Shown here: positions 40,238 to 54,150 of the stretch, piece after piece
Numbering within the stretch: position 1 is the first letter of the stretch
Layout of the letters: each line of letters begins with the position of its first letter
From: Octopus vulgaris
Taxonomy: Eukaryota
Direction: 5' to 3'
Assembly: GCA_951406725.2 (NCBI GenBank)
Contig: OX597815.1
Location: 131,316,001 to 131,380,000 of the forward strand
DNA: 64,000 nt
Made by a program: the position numbers and the translations under genes
Notes under the pieces: generated by a model
Told to the model about the DNA's origin: nothing
What the model saw: the letters and a program-made list of their open reading frames with translations, nothing else
Database searches by the model: none

Positions 40238-40550
40238 AAGGTGTTTATAGGCCATTTAAGAAACACAAAACCCGTTAAATTCACTTCAACGTTTAAATTT
40301 AGTTTCTCCAAATATTTTCGTCGCGATCTGTTCACCGACAAGATACCGTGGTGCAGTGGAATTTTATCAGTGAACAGGTCGCGGTCTCAAAGCGACGAAA
40401 ATATTTTGAAAATTAAATTTAGATATTGAAGTGAATCTAACGGTTTTTGTGTTTCTTAAATGGCTTATTAACACCTTCCACGCTGCTATTGTTTTCGTTC
40501 CAGCACACGCTCTCAGGTCAGTTCACTTGCTATGCAAGTACATCTCCACA
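40238..40550. mobile_element. Inverted pair of PLE-like termini (same family as 3690-3950) with G3:C8 hammerheads
   Basis: Arms 40238-40342 and 40360-40479; + motif 40363-40412 TTTATCA GTGAACA G GTCGC-loop-GCGAC GAA AATATT T TGAAAA. Confidence 0.75.
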
Positions 40551-40577
40551 ATATATATATATATGTATATATATACA

Positions 40578-40609
<32 letters not shown>

Positions 40610-40613
40610 CATA

Positions 40614-40697
<84 letters not shown>

Positions 40698-41381
40698 ATT
40701 CGTTGAGGTTATATCCTCATTAGGGATTAAATAATCCAAGGTATTCCACTGGTTCATCCGTATCATATAATGCGAATGTCATTGGTACATGTTAGTTATT
40801 ATTGAAGTTATATATTATCAATATTGAGGGGAAAAAAGAGAAAAGGGAGAAATAACTGATATAGGAATAATTTATTTGTATGCTATGAAATGATGAAATC
40901 TTTTTAAAAACACAACAGTACAAATAAGTTGATTACAAGTTGTAAAACTTAACAATAAAGTAAAGGAACCTACATATATGTTTCCGTCCTATCATGTGGT
41001 TGATTGGAAGTTCTAAGCATTTGAATAAATGAGTAAGAAAAGATGCACTAGGTGGTTAATTCATTAAAGGAGTCGTTTGAAACGGTCGTAATGAATTGAC
41101 ACCTGTACATCTTCGTTACTTATTCACACACACACACACCTTTCTTAGATGGAACCAACCATATATGTAGGTTCCTTTATGTCATCGTTAGAGTTTTACA
41201 ACTCTTCACATCCATTATTGAGTCGTTTTTCTACCTATTATATACATTTTATTATTTTTGTAATTTACTTAATCTTTACTTTTATTTTTATTTTAATTTT
41301 AACTTTTCTATTATATGTCATTTTTTAGATGGTGTAATTTAATTATTCATTTTGAATTGATAAAAGGTGTTTTTTTAAAAA

Positions 41382-41420
<39 letters not shown>

Positions 41421-41560
41421 GTATAAATATCAACACAATTATTTCTCCTTCCTTAGGGGAATAAAATATAAATGAGTAACAAAGATGCACAGGTGTTAAT
41501 TCATTAAAGGAGTCGCTTGAAACGGTCGTAATGAATTGACACCTGTACATCTTCGTTACT

Positions 41561-41604
<44 letters not shown>

Positions 41605-41609
<5 letters not shown>

Positions 41610-42940
41610 TGTGTCCAGAAAGTCTCTTTACAATTTCCAAAATTTATTACAATGGCAATTGATGGAATATGTTTATGAGATTTGTTCTATGTTCATCAAA
41701 GTTTTTAAGCACATTGCATTTGTGTTTTTCAGGTACCTTGTTGATGGAAAAGGGGTTTAGTTAATTGAAACCCTAAGAAAGTGGCTATTCATCAAGTAAA
41801 GGCACAATGTCTTCGTGGCTATCGTGGTTTATTGATAGAAAATCGGACACGCAGAATTAACAAAACTACAGGATTAAGTATGAGAGACGTACACCATCAA
41901 GTCAGTCAATTCGTTCATAGCACAAGAAATTTATAGAAACAGGAAAAGTGTTGGGTAAAGGGAGGGGTGGACGACCAAAATTGTATGAGAAAAACATCGA
42001 TCGTGAAGAACTAGCCTTTACTAGTTCTTCTATAAATTCATACTTACTGCTGCCAGACAGTTACAACTACCATGTTCAACAGTGCATAAAGTCCTACACA
42101 AGAACTTGCAACTGCACGCTTACAAAGTGTAACACTTATAGGCATTCGAACCAAATGATAAACAAAAACGGAAAGACTTTGTAGTCAACATACTGGAACA
42201 AATTTCTGAGGATGCAGTGTTCTTCAGCCGAGTTTGTTTAGGTGATGAGGCAACTTGCATGTTTCAGGAAAACTGAATACATGTAATGTGGGATTTGGGG
42301 ATCAGAATAATCCATGTGACTAGAGAACCTCATCGGGATAGTCCAAATTGGAATGTCTGGTGTGGGATGATGTGCAATCGAATCATTGGTCCATTTTTCT
42401 TCACATAGAGATCAAATTCTGCAAATGTTCACCTTGAACTTTTGACTGAATATGCGGTGTCACAACTGGATGACCTTTAATCAGCCATGGTTTTCCAGCA
42501 GGATTGTGCACCACCGCATTGGGGACTGCGTGTTGGCGACTTCCTCAATCAAACGTTTCCAGACCGGTGGAGTGGAAGGAATGAACCAGTTCCCTGGCCA
42601 CCTCGTTGCCCGGATATCACTCCCCTGGACATTTTTCTATGGGGTTATGTTAAACACATTATGTATCGAACTAAGACACATGACATCGAACGACCTGAGT
42701 CAAAGGATCACTCATGCCATTGCCACCATTGATAAAACTATGCTACAGCGAACATGGCAAGAAACTGATTATCGTTTTGATGTGCTTCGTGCAACTAATA
42801 GTACCCATATAGCGAGCTATTAAATGAGGAAAAACAGACTTCAATATCTTCTCATTTTGTAATAATTTTTATAGATTTATCTACTTATCTGTTTTAGTAA
42901 ATAACTTTTTTAAATTGCAAAATGACTTTGTATGTATATA
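41605..42940 (+). mobile_element. Tc1/mariner-superfamily (DUF4817-type) transposon, degenerate
   Basis: FQQDCAPPH, WPPRCPDITPLDIFLWGYVK; decayed TIRs AAAGTCTCTTTACAATTT / AAATTGCAAAATGACTTT. Confidence 0.85.
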
Positions 42941-42974
42941 TGTGCAGATGTTTATGCTTCTTGTACGTATTCTA

Positions 42975-43192
42975 ATGCATATAGTTACATAACTAGACAT
43001 GCTCATATATATATTTAAATGATAAACTTCTGGAAAGTTTTACAAATTTTTACAGTTCCAGCGATGGATTGGATCTGTAGTCTTCGAATTAGCTTTCTCC
43101 TTTCTGGTTTTGAGAAACCTAATTTCTCATAATTGGTATTTAGGCAGTGTGTTATATATCCCAGACCCCCAATAATTACAGGTATAAACCTG
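42975..43192 (-). mobile_element. 3' fragment of the RLE LINE family at 16670-18130
   Basis: YRFIPVIIGGLG...QIQSIAGTVKICKTF; similar to 16740-16900. Confidence 0.75.
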
Positions 43193-43672
43193 TATGTATG
43201 TATGTATGTATGTATGTATGTATGTATGTATGTATGTATGTATGTATGTATGTATGTATGTATGTATATATGTATGCATGCGTGTATATATCTATATGTA
43301 TATGTGTGGGGGAGTGTAATTGATATACAAAAGTGCATGAGTTAAATCTTAGACTTGGAAAATGTAAAACCTAGCTTACTCCTCGGGAATGCAGGAGGAA
43401 CTCTGGTAAAAATGAGTTGGCACGTTTAAATGATGAGAAGGCAGTATAAAGGATATTAAACCAAAGAAAGGCATTGGGTGGGATGTCCCTCGCGTAAAGA
43501 CTAATAAGGTACCAACGCACTTAAAACTTTCGTAGACATTGCTTCCATGATGAGACTCGGACCATAAAAGAGATTAATATTCATTATGTTATGGTTGGTT
43601 GATATAGTGAACAAAAATAGAAATACAAAGCTGCAAGAATTAATAGTTAATCTACAGTAATCAGCAATTAAA

Positions 43673-43820
43673 AGTGGTTAGCTGGCAGAATCGATAGCGC
43701 GCCGGGAAGAATGCTTAGCGGCATTTTGGTCGTCTTTATGTTTTGAGTTCGTCTTTGCCTTTGAGGTTGACTTTGTCTTTGCAAGACTTGGCCTCAAGGT
43801 CGACTTTGCTTTGCATTCTG
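43673..43820 (+). mobile_element. SINE family A
   Basis: AGCTGGCAGAATCGATAGCGCGCCGGG..AATGCTTAGCGG. Confidence 0.75.
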
Positions 43821-44194
43821 ATCTCAAAAAAGATTCAGGAGGGCAATGGAACCTCCACGTGAACGCTCAACTGCCCAAAATAAGATAGGATGGAGAAAAC
43901 ATCTCTGCATTTGATCAAAGGTCAGCTTAATCTGAAGTAACTTGCAATGTTAAGCAACAGCAATATTAGAGAATGTAATGTTCTAGGTAATAAACAGCAA
44001 TTCACTCAAGCAAGTCTTACAAATAATACCACGCTAAACAGGGAAAAGAAGTAGCACGACGTCAACGTTTGCAAGAGAAAGCCAAGATTTATAGAAGCCC
44101 CTCCGGGATAATTAGTCACACGCGTGTCCCTTTCATTGGAAATAATATAAATCTTCACATCAGAAAAAAATTAAAGCCAATTTTTTCTTCATAG

Positions 44195-44272
44195 AATTTT
44201 GAAGTAACTGCCACTACCAAAAACCCGATTAGTCCACAAATACCAAACGATCTTACACCAAGAATACTCGAG
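44195..44272 (+). CDS. Candidate 78-nt phase-0 internal exon (NFEVTATTKNPISPQIPNDLTPRILE), host gene unknown
   Basis: Acceptor TTTTTTCTTCATAG, open frame, GAG|GTCTGA donor, in non-repetitive DNA. Confidence 0.25.
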
Positions 44273-44662
44273 GTCTGATATTTTAACCATAGATTCTATG
44301 ATGATAATACTGCATTCACAAACCGGCAATCGTAACTTCGTTGTCAAATTATCAATTTCCAGTGAAGGCGCTAACAAAATCGTTAACAAAATCTAATTAT
44401 TTAGTCTATATTCTACTTCCAAATCATTGGAAGAATGTTTCTTGATAGACTAAAAGACAGTTACTTAGTTCAAAAGTAATAAGTAATAACTACTTGAATT
44501 CAAATGAACAAAGAAAAACAAAGATTAAACGCACAGCTGTCATGGTTAAGACCTCATAATCATTGGTACTTTTGGATAATGTACTAAATGACATCGGTGT
44601 CTATAAATCCAAGATTAAATCAATAGGTTCGTTTCTGTCTGTCTGTATGTATGCATGTATGC

Positions 44663-44746
<84 letters not shown>

Positions 44747-44787
44747 GTCTGTCTGTATGTCTGTCTATCTATCTATCTACCTATCTA

Positions 44788-44824
<37 letters not shown>

Positions 44825-44894
44825 CTAGCTAGCTAGCTAACTACCTGCCTACATATGTGTATTCATGTATGCTATATATACATAACTATGTATG

Positions 44895-44966
<72 letters not shown>

Positions 44967-44991
44967 CATATATATGTGTGTAAGTATGTAA

Positions 44992-45236
44992 TATTCAATT
45001 ATCACTAATAGTAACTGAAGTTAGGTGCATAGTTTCACCTACGGTGCTAGAAATAGGCGTCAAAACCCTTATAGCCACAAATATAGCACACGTCTATGTA
45101 CTGATAGGGGAATTAACCGCTCCACAGCTGTTAACTCCCCTATAAGTACATAGGCTTGTACTATATTTGTGGCTATAAGAGACTTTGACTCCTATTTCTA
45201 GCAATGTAGGTGCTACCATTAGTGACAATTGAATTT
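44992..45236. repeat. ~245-bp foldback element between (TA)n tracts
   Basis: ATTCAATTATCACTAAT...GGGGAATTAAC / GTTAACTCCCC...ATTAGTGACAATTGAAT. Confidence 0.85.
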
Positions 45237-45275
45237 TTACTTTTTTGTTTTATATTGCGTTTAGCCACTTTTATC

Positions 45276-45319
<44 letters not shown>

Positions 45320-45353
45320 TACATGTATATATAATGTATGCTTGTTTGTTTGT

Positions 45354-45397
<44 letters not shown>

Positions 45398-45794
45398 TTG
45401 TCTTTGTGTGAATAGTCTTTATGTATTCGTAAGTGCGTGTAGGCGTATATGTTCTGCTGCCGCTGATGGTGATGAAATAAGGATGGTGAGAAATAATGGT
45501 GAAAAACACCGAAAATAATAACGGTTTACGGGGAAAAAAATTACGTTCGTAATATTTATCGAACGATATCGTAGCGTTTTCAATTTTTATCTACAAATGG
45601 GCCTTTTATGATATAATCTTTTGACGAAATTTTGCTTTGTAAGTAGTAGCATTATACACCACTACTATATAAACAAATACACAACACTAGAGTTTCATTC
45701 TGTTCTATAGTTGATGATTTTTTATTCAAAAAAACGTTGAGATACTATTTACGTTGAGATATTATTTACATAATTTTAGTTTATTTACTGCAAT

Positions 45795-46320
45795 GGCGCA
45801 TGGTTTAGTGGTCAAGGTGTTGGGCGCGTAATCATAAGATTCTTGTTTCGATTCCTGGACCGGGCAATGCGTTGTTTTCATGAGCAAAACACTTCATTTG
45901 ACGTTACTCCTGTCCGTCTAACTGGCAAAAACCAGTAACCCTCGAGTGACCGGTCAGTCGCAGGATTACAGAAAATTATGAGTCAACACGACTCGAGAAG
46001 GAGCTGAAAAAAAGTAATATTTATTCATCATATCTACACGGGAATGACTGTGGTTTGATCCCAAAAAGTGGCATCGTGGACAAGTGTCTTCTACTATGGC
46101 CTTAGGCCGGCCAATGTTTTGTGAGTAAGTTTGGTAGACCGAAACTGTATGGAAACAAGTCGTATTCACGTATGTGTGTATGTCAATGTGTGTCTTTATG
46201 CTTGTCCCTTCACTGTTTGAAAGTGTGGTTTTATTACAGCCCCGGTAATTTAGCGGATCGACAGAACAAGTACCTGACGTGATAAGTACTGAGTTCTTTT
46301 TATCAACTAAATATTTCAAG
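45795..46320 (+). mobile_element. SINE family C (45795-45960) and degenerate SINE family B (46050-46320)
   Basis: GGCGCATGGTTTAGTGGTCAAGG..TTCGATTCC; then family B head and tail motifs. Confidence 0.7.
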
Positions 46321-48353
46321 GACACACAGACACGAGCGCCTGAGAAATGAAAGGGAAAAGATAAATTTGTGTTTTATTTTTATGCCAAGAAGTAGAATAA
46401 ATGGCGAAGTAAAACACTTTATGTTTACAGCTTTAATACATTCTACATCTTTACTTGTGATTTGAACCATTATATTTAATTTCACATGCCTTAATTCACC
46501 TAGGTGTTTTCGATAGATAAGTAAATCATCTGAGAATGTTACCTGTTATACACAGATGTCCTATTAAAATGGAGATTTATCTTTCACCTGATTAATGCCA
46601 GAGAACCAGAGCTAACCAGCGAGCCTTAAATGTGTTTTAATGCTTTGGAGTGATTTCCATGTCATATATATTATTTCATTTTATGGTTTGAGTGGAAAAT
46701 GCAACTGCAACGCAATCACGCCGATGAAATATGTCAGCATCCATTGTTATCTGAAGTAGATTTATTAGAAACATTTTGTAGAATTTTAGCATCGTATTTT
46801 AACCCTCAACCGTCAGGTCTTTTTCAGTTAATTTTTTTTTTCTATTCTGAAATGACTTGCATTAAGATGTTACAGTTGATAGCGAAAGCGATTCTATAGC
46901 TAATTCACGTCATTATTTTGGTTCAGTGAGTCTCAGAATCTATAACATAATTACTTCATATATTCTCAACAAGAATTCTCCATTCTTTAATAGTATACGT
47001 ATTCGTATTCTGCAGCATTCTGGATGGAATTTTGTGGTTAACTTACGAAAATAAATCTTACGTTCCTAGAATTTTTAACAAAACGATTTCAACACTTACC
47101 GTGCTGCAAAGCTGTTGGCATGCTTGAATCAATTTACTCTGGCACACACAGGTATTTGGTTCTTTGCAAAAAATTATCATTAAATCATTGTTAGTCGCGA
47201 GTGGATTTGGTATTCCCTGCACATTTCATATTAGAATACAAATTTCCGAATGTGTTGTTGAATAAACGGTTCAACATGAATACAGAGCATGAGATGAATT
47301 TACTCAGCATTTTTTAAAGTTTGTTTTTGCTTTTTGCTTATTGAAAAAAAAAATGTGTTTGGGTGGATGGAAACTTGGACTATAACAATTATTAAATAAC
47401 TATTTGAATATATTGCTATATTTGTAAAGCAGGAAATAAATCTAACATAATTTTAGGGTTAGCGAGACTTGAATATAGAAATAATTCGATGAACTAAGTA
47501 CCGTTAATTCACTATTTGAAATGATTGTCGTTTTCCCTTTGAGAAGAAACAAATAAGAAGGTATGGTCAGAACGATGCATTTTTAAGATTATGATAACGG
47601 TGAGACAGTGGAAATAAGGAGGTGACAGTGATGATAATATCTAATAGATATTTGTAGGGGGCGGTGTAAATTAAACTATTTCGAAGGTAAATGCATTGTT
47701 TTAGAGGACAATATGAAAATGCAACTCAACGGTGAGCGTTGACTCATAGATATCAATGAAGAACTGAAATTTTGATCTCCAACAGAAAGATTCATGCGCA
47801 CCACGAAGTGTATCAAATATACCATGTTAATATAAATTGCAGCCTGTGCCATTGTATGGTCTGATGAGGAATCTACAAATTCAATTTCATTTCAGCGTTA
47901 AGATTTTTTTTCCATTTGGAAATTAATGGCTGTTCAACATTAAAAAGAAATCTAATTTGGTATTCACGTCAAGTTAGCTTAATATACATTCTCTTCTATT
48001 TTGTTTTTCTTTGTAAGAACTGCATAAAACATGGTTGTTTACCTAGTTAGACTTGACTGATAACCAAATTGATAAATTACACTATTACACTACTCACAGT
48101 GCCTCTAGGGCCAGGGAAAGTTATGTTTAACCAACTTTACTTTTATCAAGTATTTATGAAATAGTCAAAGGACAAACATAAAATATAAATTCGATCATGC
48201 TAATGGTAGTAAGTTGACTAGGTTGTGTCCATGCCTTGCATAGAAGTATGTGCATCTACATGCGTGAGTGTATATAAAATTATGTCTACCAGCATTCTAT
48301 CTGTCTACTCTACGAGATATATATAAGTATATTTATGAATTCATATGTATGCA

Positions 48354-48427
<74 letters not shown>

Positions 48428-48447
48428 GTATATATATATATATATAT

Positions 48448-48684
48448 AGGAGTATAGGATCGGCTGTGTGGAAAGTAGTTTGCTTACCAACCACATGGTT
48501 CCAAGAACAGTCCCACTGCGTGGAACCTTGGGCAAGTATCTTCTACTATAGTCTTGAGTCGACCAAAGCCTTCTGAGTAGATTTGGTAGATGGAAATTGA
48601 AAGAAGCCCGTCGTATATATATGACTGCTATTTCTAAATTCGGTGTGTGGTGAGGCAAATCGTTGCTAAACCCTTAATTACTTA

Positions 48685-48771
<87 letters not shown>

Positions 48772-49006
48772 TGTATGTATGTATGTATGTATGTATGCAT
48801 ATGTATATGTTTGTGTGTCTGAGTTTGTCCCGCTTCATCGCTTGGCAAGCGATGTTGGTGTGTTTGCGTCTCCGTAACATAGCGGTTCGGCAAAAAGAGA
48901 CTGATAGAATATATGCTTACAAAGAATACGTCCCTGGTCGAGTTGTTCGACCAAAGGCAGTGCTCCACCATGGCCGCACTCAAATGACTGAAAAAATAAA
49001 AGAGTA
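48448..49006 (+). mobile_element. SINE family B
   Basis: Head 48448-48614, microsatellites, tail 48820-49006. Confidence 0.85.
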
Positions 49007-49051
49007 ATAAAAGAATACATCTATATCTCTATACATATGTATGTTTACATG

Positions 49052-49091
<40 letters not shown>

Positions 49092-49259
49092 TATGTTGGT
49101 GCAAACAGGAAAAACAGAACTCAAAATATGGGTACATGCATATTTTTATTAATATTTCCTAGAAACGGCATTGACTCAATGTCTGAGAATTTCGTGTGTT
49201 GGCACTTATAAGTGTCAACGCTCAAAACTCTCAGGCTTTCAGTTACATTCTTACTTCTT

Positions 49260-49320
<61 letters not shown>

Positions 49321-49338
49321 GTGTGTGAGAGTTGCATC

Positions 49339-49386
<48 letters not shown>

Positions 49387-49501
49387 GGAGTAAACACATA
49401 AATGTGAAACAAGGTGGAAAAAAAATCTGTTACTCTGAGTACTCAAATACCAGTGGTAGAGTAATATGCTTTATTTAAAGCAGCAGAAAATTCAACAAAA
49501 T

Positions 49502-49539
49502 CTGTTACTCTGAGTTTCTAGTTGCCGTTCATCAGACAG
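49502..49539 (-). ncRNA. Hammerhead motif in PLE-like remnant 49386-49680, with inverted partial copy at 49555-49572
   Basis: Minus strand CTGT CTGATGA ACGGCAACTA GAA ACTCAGAGT A ACAG. Confidence 0.65.
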
Positions 49540-49680
49540 TTTTTTTTAACTAACAAAAACTGTCTGATGAACTCAAGGATAAAGCGAGACGTATCTTCGA
49601 CAAACTTCCTTCCGCGAAAAGCAAATCAATTAAAATTCTGAGATTTTGTTGGTAATTTTCTGCTGCTTATATAAATAAAG

Positions 49681-49721
<41 letters not shown>

Positions 49722-50004
49722 GGAGAGAGAAAAGTCAGACGGAAAAAGACAGATGTGACTGGTCTATGGGATAACCCTGGGTTTCACGTCCATAAAATGC
49801 TTAGCCAAGCGCTATGTGGATGTGCAACCGTGTGTCATCCTATAGACTGACCGTATCTATCTTTATCTATACACTATCGCTCTATAACTTATATATATAT
49901 ATATATACAAGCACACGTTATTTCATGCTCTTCCAATTTGGAATGTAGCTAATAGAATGCTATATTATATTTTGAATTTTAGAAAATCTTGCATATTTTT
50001 ATAG

Positions 50005-50490
<486 letters not shown>

Positions 50491-50769
50491 ATTTTACTCC
50501 ATCGCCTAAGATTATGTTTATAATGTGCGTGTTCGCTAACAGATTTCTTTTCAGTTTTTCTTAATATTTTTGTTTTAACCTTAGCTTTTCCAGATTATTA
50601 TTTGGGCATTTACTAACAACATAAAGTGCACTAATTACTATTAGCATAAATGCAAATTAACAATCTCGGAATAGAAGCTGAAGATTTCGAAGCTGCTGTC
50701 TGTACTTATCATCTTTGTCTTTGATATGCGTAAAGATATTCGTATCAGCGTGTATGTATGTCTGTATGT

Positions 50770-51086
50770 GAAGGCGCGTGCTTAGTGGTTAGGGCATTCG
50801 GCTCACGATAGTAAGGTCGTGAGTACGATTCCCGGCGATGCGTTGTGTCCTTGAGCAAGACATTTTATTTCACGTTGCTCCAGTCCTCTAAGCTGGGAAA
50901 AGGAGTAGTACCTGTATTTCAAAGGGCCAGCCTTGTAATACTCTGTGTCACGCTGAATCTCACTGAGAAATAAGTTAAAGGTACACCTGTCTGTGGAATG
51001 CTCAGCCACTTGCACGTTAATTCCAGGAGCAAGCTGTTCCGTTGATCGTATCAGCTGAGACCCTCGTCGTAACCGACGGAGTGCCC
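50770..51086 (+). mobile_element. tRNA-derived SINE family C (V-domain-like)
   Basis: A/B-box head GGCGCGTGCTTAGTGGTTAGG..GAGTACGATTCCC; GTGTCCTTGAGCAAGAC; end CGTAACCGACGGAGTGC also at 4008-4033. Confidence 0.8.
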
Positions 51087-52203
51087 CTTTTATGTATGTA
51101 TGCATCATGTATGTCTGTTAGTACGTTTGTTTGTAGGAATAAATCTATGTGTATTTACACTTGCAGATGTGTGTCTGTACACTTGCATCTATGCCTGTAC
51201 GTTTACATGTATGGCGTTCCTTTTATGTATTTGTGTTCTTTCTTGAAGTGGACCCATTTTCTAACAAAACTTCTATCTCTAAAATTTGGATAACAACAAT
51301 GATTATTGCTGCATACTGATCCTTATGTATGTATGAAAGTTTGTAAATATGTGTGCAACTATGTGACAATGTAGGAATGTTTGTATGTTGTGTATGTATA
51401 TGTGCAAATATTATGCATGAAGATTTATATGTGTATATGTATGTGAATGTGAGTGTGGGTGTATGCGTGTGTACTTATGTGTGTGTGTAGCGTTATAGGT
51501 GAATAAATTGATGTAAGGAGGTTATATACAATGGCATTACTTTTTGCGTAGCAGTTTCAACATTAAGTGTTATTTAGAATTGTATACATCACCAAATCTG
51601 TTTGATCGATCAACCTTGCTTTTAGGAGTAAACACATGCTAACATTTGTCTGTTTCCTATGTAGATTGTGACAATAGAATGATAATCTAGCTACAGTGTA
51701 TGGATTTTGTACAAATAGTTGTAAATGGCATGTTTTCAGACAAAAACCCTGTAAGCTATAGGAAACTAGGTATCTGTAATTTTAGATTTAAACTGGATCA
51801 ATAATTTGACCGTTAGTTGAGAAAGAGAGTTTATACATTCGAGTGTAACTCATGTATGTGGAACATGACAAGAATGACGGAAAACATGGTTACTTTTGAA
51901 TAAGCTTCTGGGTTACTTCGTAAAACTAAAATCTTATATTATCACAGAGTATTGACAGATGACTTCAACATATTGAAGAATTATTGTTCTTGTCCACAGA
52001 AACGTTGAAAAGTACGAATGTGAATAAAGATCTATGTATGTATGTATGTATGTATGTATGTATGTATGTATGTATGTATGTATGTATGTATGTATGTATG
52101 TATGTATGTATGTATGTATGTCATTCCAAAATGTAACTACATGTGGATTGTTGGCGATTTTTTCCCTCCGTTTTCCTTTTCTCTTGGACTTACCCTTGTC
52201 TCC

Positions 52204-52240
52204 TGTTTCTGAAGAGGAGCTTTGCTCGAAACGTAAAACA
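52204..52240 (+). ncRNA. Intact minimal type I hammerhead ribozyme
   Basis: TGTTT CTGAAGA G GAGC TTT GCTC GAA ACGT A AAACA; all core nucleotides and stems present; inside insert ~52121-52356 between (TATG)n. Confidence 0.9.
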
Positions 52241-53289
52241 ACTTTTCTGTTCTTCCCTGAGCGTCTGTTAATACTTTGCATGTACCACGTAGTCGCATTT
52301 TTGTTGTTTTCTTCTTGTGTTTTTCCCTCGTCTTTTTTTTGTGTGGAGGCATTAGGTATGTATGTATGTATGTAACAGAAAGGAACTTAAAATTCAGGGC
52401 TGACTGCATTTGCTAAATCTGACTTTCCCCTCGCAAAAAATTAATTTGAGAGCTTATTTTAAAATTTGGTAGAAGAAAGTGACAGTAAATGATATACATA
52501 GGTCTTAGCCTTTCTAAATTATTTACCGAATTTAACCGAGTTCTGAGTAACAGAGATTAAATGACACAAGTGAATTTGTCCAGTGTTGTAGATATAGTTT
52601 GCGGAAAGTTTACTATTTATGCAGCGTAAAGTACAAACGGATATCTACTTTTGTTGTACGTATGTCTGTGTAAGTGGATGTGATTTTCTCAAGTTATAAA
52701 GATGATTAATATCATCTATATCAGTTTGTACACGTGTGCGCACTCATACACATACGCGTACAAACACATACACGCCTACAAACACAGACAGACAGACATA
52801 CACACACACATACAAAGATACTTAGGTAAGATTCGTCCAGAATTGGTCCAGGTATCGCCCAACTAAATAGCACTATTTAATGATGTTTCATATAACAGTC
52901 ATACTTTCAGTACCATAGCCCATTAGAATATAGAGTTATGATTTGCAGAGGTATATTCGAGGGTAGGTGATTTATCTGAAATTTCTTGGAGATATTAATC
53001 CAGGGCCAGAGTGAATGCTCTATCGTTCCCTTCTTTTATGTGTGTTGGCATTGACGTTAAAAAGAGAAGAGTCAGATGAGATGAAATAGCTTCCTCTTCG
53101 TATTGCGGTGTGATGAGAGCATCATTTCTGTGTGGGTCTGCGTGCCCGTGTGTACATACCTGGAGTATAATATCAAGAACTGACGAACTAATGATTGTTT
53201 TACTTTATTCTGATCTCAATACTAAATACCCAGCCAGTCCCGCCGTCCTACCTCTTGAATATGCCTAGATTCTAACGAATCCTGTAATT

Positions 53290-53644
53290 TAGCGTTTCTC
53301 AACCGGGGTTCCCCGGAACCGTAAGGTTCCGCGAGAAAGAGTGGTATAGGTTAATGCTAATTTCGTGATTGTAATATTACTATATCTGCACAACATGTTG
53401 TTGGTTACTGTAATATTGTAATATAGATATCATCCTATCTAACCTATTATGTTATCAAAAATGTATAACCATATATATATAACCTCTTTTACTTATTTCA
53501 GTTTCTGTCTACTAAATCCACTCACAGAGATTTGGTCGGTCCGAGACTATAGTAGAAGACACTTGCCCAAGTGCCACGCAGTGGGAATGAACCCGGAACC
53601 ATGTGGTTGGTAAGCAAGCTACTTACCACACAACCACTTCTGCG

Positions 53645-53694
<50 letters not shown>

Positions 53695-53749
53695 GTATAC
53701 ATATGTATGTATGTATGTGTGCATATATATATCTATATATATATATATA

Positions 53750-53821
<72 letters not shown>

Positions 53822-53943
53822 TATTTGCCACATGAACTGCGATGAAAAAATACGAGAAAGATATAGTATATCGTTTTTTGTGTGTGCAGGGGTTCTTTGA
53901 GACATGTAATCTATTTTAAGGGTAAAATGGTTGAGAAACACTG
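53290..53943. mobile_element. hAT (Charlie/Buster-like) MITE with a nested SINE B head (53495-53647, -)
   Basis: TIRs TAGCGTTTCTCAACC / GGTTGAGAAACACTG; 8-bp TSD CTGTAATT / CTGTAACT. Confidence 0.85.
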
Positions 53944-53997
53944 CTGTAACTCGCCAATACACATACATACATACATGTATATATATATACATACATG

Positions 53998-54111
<114 letters not shown>

Positions 54112-54150
54112 TGGTAGAATAGTAAAAAGGAAATTATTGGTACAGTATTG

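Noticed and set aside
49172-49217. Minus-strand CTTATAA GTG..CAC GAAA hammerhead-like string
   Set aside because: Two core mismatches and no clear stem I or III
50770-50840. tRNA gene calls for SINE heads
   Set aside because: A/B boxes are present, but they continue into SINE bodies and no intact cloverleaf forms
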